This document shows positions 47,434 to 55,411 of a DNA stretch of 64,000 bases, in pieces. Location: positions 904-64,903 of the forward strand of contig CAYVHI010000002.1 of assembly GCA_964450945.1 (NCBI GenBank), in the 5' to 3' direction. This DNA is from an uncultured Rickettsiales bacterium. Lineage in GTDB: Bacteria > Pseudomonadota > Alphaproteobacteria > Rickettsiales > JABDBP01. Positions within the stretch are counted from its first letter, which is position 1. Each line of letters begins with the position of its first letter. A program made the translations under genes and the position numbers. The notes beneath the pieces are model-generated. The model was given only the letters and a program-made list of their open reading frames with translations. It did not search any database and was not told the DNA's origin.

Positions 47434-48658
47434 CAAAAACCTGATTAAGTATTTTTATTCCCTTGTTGATAAGTGGCTTTGTTGTATTGAGTGGTGGAAG
47501 AATACGTATAACATTGCCACCAGCCCTTTGAGTTGAAAGGCCATTCTCCTTAAGCAGGTTGGAAATTTCTTCAGGATTGAAATTACTTTTAAGTTTGAGA
47601 CCAAGGAAAAACCCTCTGCCACGAACTTCTTCTACTATATGTTTGTTTTTCTTCGCAACTTTTTCCAACTTCTCAAAAAGGATCTTTTCATTTTCCATTG
47701 AAGATCTCTGAAACTCAGAATCCTGGATTATTTTAAGCGTCTCAATAACCGCGACCATGGCAGGCGGCATGCCGGAGAATGTAGCTCCATCATTATATAG
47801 CTGGGCCTCATTTGCTGTAGTTACTGAGCGGATCTTTTCACTGAATAAGGTTGCGCCAACCGGTTCAACCCCGCCGCCAAGTGCCTTAGCGAGCGATAAC
47901 ATATCCGGCTTTATGCCATATAACTGGTGTGCAAAAAGCCTGCCTCCGCCAGCGCGCATCATGCCGGACTGCACCTCATCACAGCCAAGGACTATACCGT
48001 GCTTATCAGCAATCTTCCTAAGTGCTGGCAGGAATTCAGGAGATGGTACAGAAATACCGCTTTCACCCTGTATAGGTTCAACTATAATTCCGGCTACACT
48101 GCTGTTTGCAGCATTCTCCACAGCTTCAATATTATTAAAAGGAAGGCGGATGAACAGTGGCTCCAGCACAGATTTCCATGCCTGTATGCTTTCATATTTT
48201 CCGGTTGCCGCACACTCCATGACCGACCTGCCGTGGAACGCGCCTTCAAATACTATAATCTTGCTGCGCTGCTGACCCAGCATTTCATGATATGCTGTAA
48301 AACCTTTGAGCATTATTTCGTTAGCCTTCATACCATCAAGAGAAAAAATCACGCCGCCTTTGGGATCGAATGTATCAAGGAGCAGGCGCCCTGCTTGAAG
48401 ATGTTCAGCGGTTTCATAAGTAAGAGAAGAGTGGGATTTTCTTTTCTTTTCGCTTATAACAGGTTTCACGATTGCAGGGAAGCAGCTGCCGAACGGTTCA
48501 CAAGCAATGCCGGTGGACCAGTTTAGAATCTTTAACTCTTTCCCCTGTTTATTTTTGGCATATAGGTAGAACCCCTTACCGCTAATTAATTCAAATTGTG
48601 GGTTTGCCAAAGGCATTAATGGACGGTCTTTCGCATTTTTATTGGGTGTAGCAGCCAT
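47411..48658 (-). CDS. Class III aminotransferase (succinylornithine/acetylornithine aminotransferase-like, divergent)
   Basis: 415 aa. FHGRS, DEVQSGMMRAG, SLAKALGGG (PLP Lys). Its 3' end overlaps the astB 3' end by 23 nt (convergent). Confidence 0.85.
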   Translation of the reverse strand: MAATPNKNAKDRPLMPLANPQFELISGKGFYLYAKNKQGKELKILNWSTGIACEPFGSCFPAIVKPVISEKKRKSHSSLTYETAEHLQAGRLLLDTFDPKGGVIFSLDGMKANEIMLKGFTAYHEMLGQQRSKIIVFEGAFHGRSVMECAATGKYESIQAWKSVLEPLFIRLPFNNIEAVENAANSSVAGIIVEPIQGESGISVPSPEFLPALRKIADKHGIVLGCDEVQSGMMRAGGGRLFAHQLYGIKPDMLSLAKALGGGVEPVGATLFSEKIRSVTTANEAQLYNDGATFSGMPPAMVAVIETLKIIQDSEFQRSSMENEKILFEKLEKVAKKNKHIVEEVRGRGFFLGLKLKSNFNPEEISNLLKENGLSTQRAGGNVIRILPPLNTTKPLINKGIKILNQVFATLKPAS

Positions 48659-48774
48659 GAGGTTCCTTATATTGTTAGGTATTAAGACACGACATTATAC
48701 TAATAAATTATAAATCTTGCATAAATTTTTCAATCAGCATAACCTCTAACTCCTAACATATAAGGAGATATATT

Positions 48775-49143
48775 ATGAAAATTTTAAATACCATGGCTTT
48801 TGCTTTGGCTGCAGCACTTTTATTTGTTCCAATTTCTGCAGAAGCAAAAGGAGATAAGGAAGAATTTACAAAGGAAATGAAGGAAGAAAGAGAGAAAGCC
48901 TTTGATCTTAGAATAGAACATCACAAGGCAATGGCTTCCCAATTGCAGAAAACAAAGAAAGTATGTATGGGTGATGATAAGGAAGCATGTAAGAAAGCAC
49001 ATGAAGAAGGAAAAGCCATAAGAGATGATTTCAGGAAAAAGATGAAAGAGTTAAAAGCAAAAAGAAAAGGTATGAGAGAAGAAATGCGTGAAGAGATGAA
49101 AGAAAGGAAAAAAGAGAGAAATAAAGAATCTGATGAAGATTAG
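48775..49143 (+). CDS. Hypothetical secreted Lys/Glu-rich helical protein
   Basis: 122 aa. Signal peptide (..ISAEA) followed by a K/E/M/R-rich repetitive sequence. GGAG SD. Confidence 0.6.
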   Translation: MKILNTMAFALAAALLFVPISAEAKGDKEEFTKEMKEEREKAFDLRIEHHKAMASQLQKTKKVCMGDDKEACKKAHEEGKAIRDDFRKKMKELKAKRKGMREEMREEMKERKKERNKESDED

Positions 49144-49164
49144 GCTTTATTAATTCTCATGCAT

Positions 49165-49196
49165 AAAAAACCCCAGTTTTTACTGGGGTTTTTTAT
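49165..49196. terminator. Bidirectional rho-independent terminator
   Basis: AAAAAACCCCAG-ttttta-CTGGGGTTTTTT between convergent genes. Confidence 0.85.
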
Positions 49197-49200
49197 TGCC

Positions 49201-49692
49201 TTAGATTTCAAATAATGCTTCCACTTCTACGGCGACACCTCGCGGCAACTGAGCTACCCCAACAGCAGCACGGGCATGCTTGCCTTTATCGCCAAAAATT
49301 TGAACGATCAAATCGGAGGCGCCATTTGCAACGAGAGGAGCATCGGTAAATTCTGGTGTTGCATTAACAAATACGCCAAGACGAACACAGCGTTTTATTT
49401 TATCTAAGTTACCACCGCAGGCAACCCTTGCATGAGCCAACACATTAAGTGCGCAAACCTTTGCTGCTTCCTGACCTTGTTTTACATCAAAATCTTTACC
49501 CAATTTTCCTATAAATTTAACCTCCCCATTCCAAGCGGTTATTTGCCCAGAAACTACAAGCTGATTACCTGTTATTACATAAGGAACATAATTGGCGGCA
49601 GGTGTTGCTGCTTCCGGCAGCGTTATATTTAACTCTTTCAAACGGGCATCTATTGAGGATGCCTGGTCGTTTGCAAATGACTTTTTCAGCAT
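49201..49692 (-). CDS. RidA/YjgF family protein
   Basis: 163 aa. LVVSGQ near the N-terminus and C-terminal VAVEVEALFEI are typical of YjgF-like proteins. Confidence 0.8.
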   Translation of the reverse strand: MLKKSFANDQASSIDARLKELNITLPEAATPAANYVPYVITGNQLVVSGQITAWNGEVKFIGKLGKDFDVKQGQEAAKVCALNVLAHARVACGGNLDKIKRCVRLGVFVNATPEFTDAPLVANGASDLIVQIFGDKGKHARAAVGVAQLPRGVAVEVEALFEI

Positions 49693-49809
49693 AAAATTAC
49701 CCTTTTATTTGTTATTACTCTTAAAGAGATTATTACTAACCGCATATGGGCATAATGGGAAGTAAAAAATATATCCACCTAATATACTGATATATAAGTG
49801 TATTTTATG

Positions 49810-49861
49810 TTCACAAAAAGTTCACTGTAATGTAACAAAACTGTAACTTTAGTGTGTTACA
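49810..49861. promoter_or_regulatory. Cluster of short repeats in the virB2 upstream region
   Basis: TTCAC-N6-TTCAC (49810-49825). TGTAAC at 49831 and 49842, inverted GTTACA at 49856, and another TGTAAC at 49983. CATATGGG occurs twice (~49745 and ~49866). Confidence 0.3.
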
Positions 49862-50015
49862 AATGCCATATGGGTTAAAAGAATTTATATTTTATTGTTT
49901 GAAGAATGACATTAAATCTTGTTGTAAATCAAATAATAAAGTATAGATGTTGTGTGTGGAGCACAAAAAATAACCAATATATTGTAACTTGTTTTAATAT
50001 TTAGGAGTAAATGTT

Positions 50016-50345
50016 ATGTTAAGCAATAAACTAGAAACTAATCTTTCCTTACTTTGGAAAGGTACGACAATAGCGCTCATAGCTGCTGTTTTTGTATTAA
50101 TACCAGAAATGGCTTACGCAATAGCTGATTTTGATACTAAACTTTGCGACGTACAAAACGCAATTCTTGGTACACCAGCTAAAGTTATAGCTACCCTTGC
50201 CATCATATTCTTAGGCATCGGTGCATTCTTTGGTAAATTAAACTGGGGTACTGCATTACTTTTTGCAGCAGGTATTATAGCCGTATTTGCTTCTGTAAAA
50301 GTAGTAGAATTCCTTGATAGCAGCGGTGTTGCTAGTACATGTTAG
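50016..50345 (+). CDS. virB2: VirB2/TrbC-type T4SS pilin
   Basis: 109 aa. Long leader ending AYA, then LCDVQNAILGTPAKVIATLAIIFLGIGAFFGK..WGTALLFAAGIIAVFAS. This two-helix pilin layout parallels Agrobacterium VirB2. AGGAG SD. Confidence 0.7.
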   Translation: MLSNKLETNLSLLWKGTTIALIAAVFVLIPEMAYAIADFDTKLCDVQNAILGTPAKVIATLAIIFLGIGAFFGKLNWGTALLFAAGIIAVFASVKVVEFLDSSGVASTC

Positions 50346-50395
50346 AGTAAAACTATTTAACATGATGAAAAAAGGAATGCTATTAAAAAATAGTA

Positions 50396-52804
50396 ATGAT
50401 GACAAAAACTAATGATGCGAAAAGGGATGGAGTCAGGGTTGATATAAATATTTCTGATTTCATCCCTTTTGCATGTCATTATAACCCTCACACAATACTC
50501 ACAAAGAACGGCGAATTACTACAGACTATAAAAATAGTTGGATTCGCTGCCGAAAATATAAGCAATAAAAAAGAAGATAATAAAAAACGGACCTTAAGAG
50601 GCTCGGTAAGGAAAGCTATTCAGACAGGCATTGATAATGATGAATATGCTATATGGTTTCATACCGTAAGAAGGAAAAAGAAACTTTCTGCCGAAGGCGA
50701 ATACAGCGACCAGTTCTCAAAATATACCAATAGTGCCTGGCGCAAAAGGCATGACTGGGATCATAAATATGTTAACGAGCTTTATATAACTATAATAAGG
50801 GAAGGAGAGTCATTTTCTTTCGAAAGTTATGCCGACTATATAAAAACTTCATCTTATAAGGTGCAAAAAAAGGCAAAGAACCTCTTTCTTGAAAAGATAT
50901 ACGATGAACTTGATGAGGTTGTAAAAAAAGTAGTTCAGTCACTTTCAGATTTTGGTGCAAAACGTCTTTCCATGTTTGAATATAAAGGAGTTTTTTATTC
51001 AGAAAACTTAAGGTTTCTAAGTAAAATCATCAACTTTGCTGAATATAATTTTCCGGTTAAGGAGCAGGATTTATCTCACTATCTTCCTATAAACAAAGTT
51101 TCTTTTGGTTTTAATGCCCTGGAAGTAAAAGGTGCCAATGAAAAACATTTTGCTGGTATATTATCAGTAAAGGAATACCACGAAGTATCGGCAAATGCCA
51201 TAGACACATTCTTGCAGTTGCCGTTTGAATTTATCCTGACAGAAACAGTGGATTTCATTAACAGGGAAAAGGCCTTAAAAGGATTTGAGTATCAAAAGTA
51301 TATTTTAAATCTAAGCCAGGATAAGCATTTTTCTGAAATATCTGGGATAACTGAAATAATAAATAGCGATAAAGGAAGAGTTACGGATTTTGGTGAGCAC
51401 CAGATAAGTATAATGGTTATTGAAGACCATTTGAAATTACTGGAATCAGAAATCAATAAAATGCAGGAAGTTTTAGCCACGTTAGGTATACTTTCGGTAA
51501 GGGAAGATATTATGATGGAAGATTGTTTCTGGGCACAGCTTCCGGGCAACTTCTCATTCATAAGGAGGCTGACACCTATAAATACCAACAGGATGGGTGG
51601 CTTTGCCTCACTTTATAATTTTCCTGCCGGTAAACTTACCAACAACCACTGGGGTCCGGCAGTCACAATTTTTTATACCGCAGCCGGAACGCCTTATTTC
51701 TTCAATTTCCATGTAGATGATAATGGGCATACGGCGATAATCGGACCATTCGGCGCCGGAAAAACGGTGCTAATGAATTTCATGCTCTCAGAAGCAAGAA
51801 AATATAATAGCAAGCTTTTCTTTTTTGACCAGATGCGTGCTTCGGAAATTTTTATCCGCGCTATTGGCGGCAAATATGTTTCTTTTGAAGAAACTAAAAA
51901 TAAGTATTTGCCAATTCCAAAAATGAATCCTCTGTTGCTTGCTGAGAATGAGGAAAATATAAAATTCCTGAAAGCCTGGCTGCAATATCTTGTTTCCAGC
52001 TCTGATAACGGGAATGAAGATGAAACAATAAAAGAAAGGCTGGTGGAAATTGTTAAAATAATATTTGCTCTACCCGCACAGGAGAGGAAACTTTCACAAG
52101 TCAGGGACCTTTTTGAAAAGATGGATATGGCAAAACAGGCGGCGGCTCTTGAGGTCTGGTATGGTTCCGGCAGATATTCATACCTGTTTGATAATGATGA
52201 TGACGACTTGAATATTGCCCATATCCAGGGTTTTGATATGACGTTTTTGGTAAAGGAAGGAAAGCCTCTTGGCCCTGTGCTATCTTATTTATTCCATAGA
52301 ATAAGGGAAAAGCTGGATGGTGAACCAACAATAATAGTACTGGATGAAGCATGGTCACTTATTGATAATGCAATCTTTGCCCCGCACATTTCCGAGTGGC
52401 TTGATTTTTTCCGGGAAAGAAATGCTATGGTTATTTTTGCAACAGAAAGCGTTGAAGATGCAAGTAAAAGCAAAATCACAACTTCAATAACCAGCAAGCT
52501 GGCAACAAGGATATTCCTACCCAATCAGTATGCCACTGGCGCTTATAAAAAGGTTTTCGGCCTTAACCATGTAGAATTTGATCTCCTTAACATGATGAGT
52601 AAGAAGCGCCGCAGCTTCCTCTTAAAGCATGGTGAGGATGCCGTGGTTGCCGAACTTGATCTTAGCGGACTTGATGAAATAATATCTATATTGTCTGGTA
52701 CGCCGGAAAACATTAAGATAATGGAAGGGATTATGAATGAAGTTGGTGAAACCGTTGATAAATGGTTACCTGCCTTTATATTCAAGAAAAAAGCAAAAAA
52801 ATGA
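50396..52804 (+). CDS. virB4: T4SS ATPase VirB4
   Basis: 802 aa. N-terminal SDFIPFACHYNPHTILTKNGELLQT, Walker A GPFGAGKT, Walker B IIVLDEAW. Confidence 0.93.
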   Translation: MMTKTNDAKRDGVRVDINISDFIPFACHYNPHTILTKNGELLQTIKIVGFAAENISNKKEDNKKRTLRGSVRKAIQTGIDNDEYAIWFHTVRRKKKLSAEGEYSDQFSKYTNSAWRKRHDWDHKYVNELYITIIREGESFSFESYADYIKTSSYKVQKKAKNLFLEKIYDELDEVVKKVVQSLSDFGAKRLSMFEYKGVFYSENLRFLSKIINFAEYNFPVKEQDLSHYLPINKVSFGFNALEVKGANEKHFAGILSVKEYHEVSANAIDTFLQLPFEFILTETVDFINREKALKGFEYQKYILNLSQDKHFSEISGITEIINSDKGRVTDFGEHQISIMVIEDHLKLLESEINKMQEVLATLGILSVREDIMMEDCFWAQLPGNFSFIRRLTPINTNRMGGFASLYNFPAGKLTNNHWGPAVTIFYTAAGTPYFFNFHVDDNGHTAIIGPFGAGKTVLMNFMLSEARKYNSKLFFFDQMRASEIFIRAIGGKYVSFEETKNKYLPIPKMNPLLLAENEENIKFLKAWLQYLVSSSDNGNEDETIKERLVEIVKIIFALPAQERKLSQVRDLFEKMDMAKQAAALEVWYGSGRYSYLFDNDDDDLNIAHIQGFDMTFLVKEGKPLGPVLSYLFHRIREKLDGEPTIIVLDEAWSLIDNAIFAPHISEWLDFFRERNAMVIFATESVEDASKSKITTSITSKLATRIFLPNQYATGAYKKVFGLNHVEFDLLNMMSKKRRSFLLKHGEDAVVAELDLSGLDEIISILSGTPENIKIMEGIMNEVGETVDKWLPAFIFKKKAKK

Positions 52805-54324
52805 AAAACCGCAGCGTAAAATTACTTATTCTTTTTCTGGCACTTGCCTGCCCTGCGATAGTTTATGCTGCCTGCACGTTCCCTATTTCACTTAATGACT
52901 GTGCTTTTAGTTTTGTTGACCCGGCAACAGGGGAAACAAAATACCAGATCTTGTTTTCAATACTCTGCCGTGTTCAGTATGCCCTTGGTGGCGCTGTTTT
53001 CCAGATGTATCAGGCGATAGAAACCAGGGTTGCCACGCCGGTCAAGGTTTTCGGTACGCTATATATCATATTTTTTTCCGGTGCTTATTTAATGGGACTT
53101 ATTAAGCAGGAAGCAAAGCTGAGCCAATTCGTAATACACATTGTGAAGCTGACCCTGGTTATGATGTTTGCCACCAACCACTGCTTCTTCTTTGATTATA
53201 TTTACACATTGTTCATGGGCGGCATGAATGCTATAGCCCTTATGGCCTTCAGCGGGCTTCCAGGTACACCGCCTGTACTGGGTGCCGGTTCAAGCCCTGC
53301 GGAAATAATCGCCAGGAGCCAGATAATAGGAAATATTGACGTTGCCTTTAATAGCATTATCAGCATACAGAGCATATTCGCCATTATCGTGCTGATTATT
53401 TTCTTCCTTTTAAGCCCCGGCGGCATAATAATTTCTGTCCTACTTTCAGCCGGCACCATTTATATATTCTATGCCTTTGTGAAGCTGTTCATAACTTTTG
53501 CCATCGCCATCATCAGCCTTACATTTGCGATGATTTTCACCCCGGTTTTCATGATATTTGTTCTATTCGAGCAGACGAGGGATCTTTTCTACAACTGGCT
53601 TTCCCTGCTTTTCACTTATGCCATGCAGCCGATAATCATCCTTTTCTACCTTGTTCTCATGGGCCAGATAATGGATATAAGTTTCATACTTAAGGGGCTT
53701 ACCTGCCCAAGCGCCGCAGACGCTGCTGCTACGGATGCCTGCCTGGCAGCCTTCAGGGCGGATGCCTGTGTTGGCACGCCGGTAGTTCCTGACCCTAACG
53801 CCATAATAGTGCCTTACTGCTGGAAAGTGCTTCCGACATTCATTACATTCTTCCAATGGTCATTCTTTCAAATCAAGCCGGGGATGACCTTTGATACACC
53901 GGTTACTTTCGTTATACCAGGCAACCCGCCACAGAATGTGAACATGCCGGCTTTCGCCGCTATTACCGCGCTTTGTTTCTGCTGGCTGGTGGCCGCATTC
54001 ACCGCCATAGAATTCTGCAAGATAGTGCCTGAACTGGCGCAGCGCCTTGGTACTACGCAGGCCCTTCTGAAACCACCAGGTATTGGCAATATCAGTCCAG
54101 GTGTTAATCCAAAAACTGGTGAGTTTGATAGACTTTCTATCGAAGGTGGTAACGTTATTGTTCCGGGATTTACTGCTGGGTATGCCTCAACAACAAGCGT
54201 CAATCAGTGGCGGGATGCACTTTTAAGTAAATTGGGTGGCGCGTGGCCAAAAATTATAAAAGCAACGGATAGTGGTGCGGCCCGCAAAGGAGTAAGCGAC
54301 ATGATGGACAAGCTGAAGAAATAA
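52801..54324 (+). CDS. virB6: T4SS inner-membrane protein VirB6/TrbL family
   Basis: Start at MKNRSVK (ATGA overlap with the virB4 stop). Signal-like N-terminus and multiple TMs with a central Trp-containing region. The position after virB4 matches Rickettsiales rvh loci. Confidence 0.8.
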   Translation: MKNRSVKLLILFLALACPAIVYAACTFPISLNDCAFSFVDPATGETKYQILFSILCRVQYALGGAVFQMYQAIETRVATPVKVFGTLYIIFFSGAYLMGLIKQEAKLSQFVIHIVKLTLVMMFATNHCFFFDYIYTLFMGGMNAIALMAFSGLPGTPPVLGAGSSPAEIIARSQIIGNIDVAFNSIISIQSIFAIIVLIIFFLLSPGGIIISVLLSAGTIYIFYAFVKLFITFAIAIISLTFAMIFTPVFMIFVLFEQTRDLFYNWLSLLFTYAMQPIIILFYLVLMGQIMDISFILKGLTCPSAADAAATDACLAAFRADACVGTPVVPDPNAIIVPYCWKVLPTFITFFQWSFFQIKPGMTFDTPVTFVIPGNPPQNVNMPAFAAITALCFCWLVAAFTAIEFCKIVPELAQRLGTTQALLKPPGIGNISPGVNPKTGEFDRLSIEGGNVIVPGFTAGYASTTSVNQWRDALLSKLGGAWPKIIKATDSGAARKGVSDMMDKLKK

Positions 54325-54434
54325 AAACCCTTCCCACCTGTTTTAATCATTATATTTCAATATATTACCCGTATATAATTCATTCCTGAAAAATGCTATA
54401 ATTGATATGGTTTTCCATGGTTTGTGTATTTAAT

Positions 54435-54451
54435 AAGGCGTAAGCCTTTTT
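54435..54451 (+). terminator. Weak hairpin plus T-run after virB6
   Basis: AAGGC-gtaa-GCCTT followed by TTT. The stem is only 5 bp. Confidence 0.3.
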
Positions 54452-54472
54452 GAAATATAGTTCCTGGTAAGC

Positions 54473-54512
54473 GTGGCCTATTTTAAAGTGCAGACGTTCT
54501 GCACTTGGCCAC
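54473..54512. other. Two-tier hairpin at the low-GC/high-GC transition
   Basis: Outer GTGGCC/GGCCAC (6 bp) and inner AGTGCAGA-cgt-TCTGCACT (8 bp perfect). Confidence 0.5.
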
Positions 54513-54649
54513 TTAAATCTCCATCCGCTTTCGCCCTTCCTAAGGTTACTACGCGTAACATACCTTGGGAAAAAAAGCAGATGGTATAAATGTGCGGCCT
54601 GGAGCGGTTCCAGGCTATCCGCGTCCCGATTCCTCGAGAGGACTTAAAG

Positions 54650-55207
54650 ATGTCTCTCTTTGGTGACGATGAGGCACGAGAAAGAGATCAGCAAAAAGCT
54701 GATGCTGAACGAGAGCGGCAAAGGAAGAAAGGTGAAGATGAGGAAGCTGCTTGGAACGACCGCGAGAAGCGGGCATCGTCAGGCGGTGGCAGTAGCGACG
54801 GTGGTGAGAGGCCAACGCGAGGTGATGGTAACGGCGGTGGTTGCGTTACTACTGTTCTTGCAATCATTCTGGCGCTGTTCCTCATCGGTCTGGTGACTCA
54901 GAGGATGCAGCAGCCGCCCGACAACCCCAACGCCGTGTACAAAACGGCGGAGGAGGTGAAGGCAGGGTACCTGCTCTTCACCGGCGGGACGGTTATCCCG
55001 CTGAAGGACACGAAAAAACTCCGCGAAGATGGTCTGAACATCATCTTTGAGGTGACCACGGAACACGGAAAGTTCCGGGTAGTGTTCGAGAACAAGTACC
55101 GGAATGGCTTCCGGGTGGACAGGATGAGATTTGAACCACCTGACGGTACCTACGACAACACCAACACTTGGTGGGTCGAGAACGACCCGAGGATCCCGAG
55201 GAAGTGA
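54650..55207 (+). CDS. Compositionally foreign bitopic membrane protein (charged Gly-rich N-terminus, one TM, ~100-aa C-terminal domain)
   Basis: Start at MSLFGDDE with GAGAGGA SD; the track ORF starts at 54590. TM is VTTVLAIILALFLIGLVT. Codons in the second half are mostly G/C-ending (CTG, AAC, GAC, ACC, TTC, AAG), unlike all neighbours. Confidence 0.6.
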   Translation: MSLFGDDEARERDQQKADAERERQRKKGEDEEAAWNDREKRASSGGGSSDGGERPTRGDGNGGGCVTTVLAIILALFLIGLVTQRMQQPPDNPNAVYKTAEEVKAGYLLFTGGTVIPLKDTKKLREDGLNIIFEVTTEHGKFRVVFENKYRNGFRVDRMRFEPPDGTYDNTNTWWVENDPRIPRK

Positions 55208-55233
55208 AACTCCTCTGGGGCACATGACAAAAA

Positions 55234-55285
55234 ACAACACCCTCTTTTCGCGTAAGAGAGGGTGTTGTGCTTTCTAGCTTTTTTT
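55234..55285 (+). terminator. Rho-independent terminator after the high-GC gene
   Basis: ACAACACCCTCT-tttcgcgtaag-AGAGGGTGTTGT 12-bp perfect stem, then GCTTTCTAGCTTTTTTT. Confidence 0.75.
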
Positions 55286-55395
55286 AATCTGCTTCCTACT
55301 TCGTCGTACTTTAGGTTTCGGTGTGCTCATGTATCTTTAATACACTCCGCGCACCTTGCCTAGTACTCCTCGTATTAAGCAGATTAAAAAAAGCT
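55276..55395. repeat. Hairpin repeat family copy C with 19-bp perfect terminal inverted repeats
   Basis: AGCTTTTTTTAATCTGCTT (55276-55294) is the exact reverse complement of AAGCAGATTAAAAAAAGCT (55377-55395). The core TACTTCGTCGTACTTT..GTGTGCTCATGTAT-ctttaa-TACACTCCGCGC..CCTAGTACTCC matches copies A and B. Confidence 0.75.
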
Positions 55396-55411
55396 ATATC
55401 CTGCTTTTATA

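Noticed and set aside
47757-48526. 172-aa and 199-aa plus-strand ORFs.
   Set aside because: They are antisense to the class III aminotransferase, which has PLP-Lys and DEVQSG motifs, and their composition is low-complexity.
50362-50412. 16-codon mini-ORF (MMKKGMLLKNSNDDKN) between virB2 and virB4 as a possible VirB3 remnant.
   Set aside because: It is far too short, has no hydrophobic segments and no VirB3-like motif, and it overlaps the virB4 start.
54615-55240. Seven additional overlapping ORFs of 60-153 aa on both strands in the high-GC segment.
   Set aside because: They are a by-product of stop-codon-poor GC-rich DNA. Only the 54650-55207 frame has an SD, a plausible TM topology and a downstream terminator.
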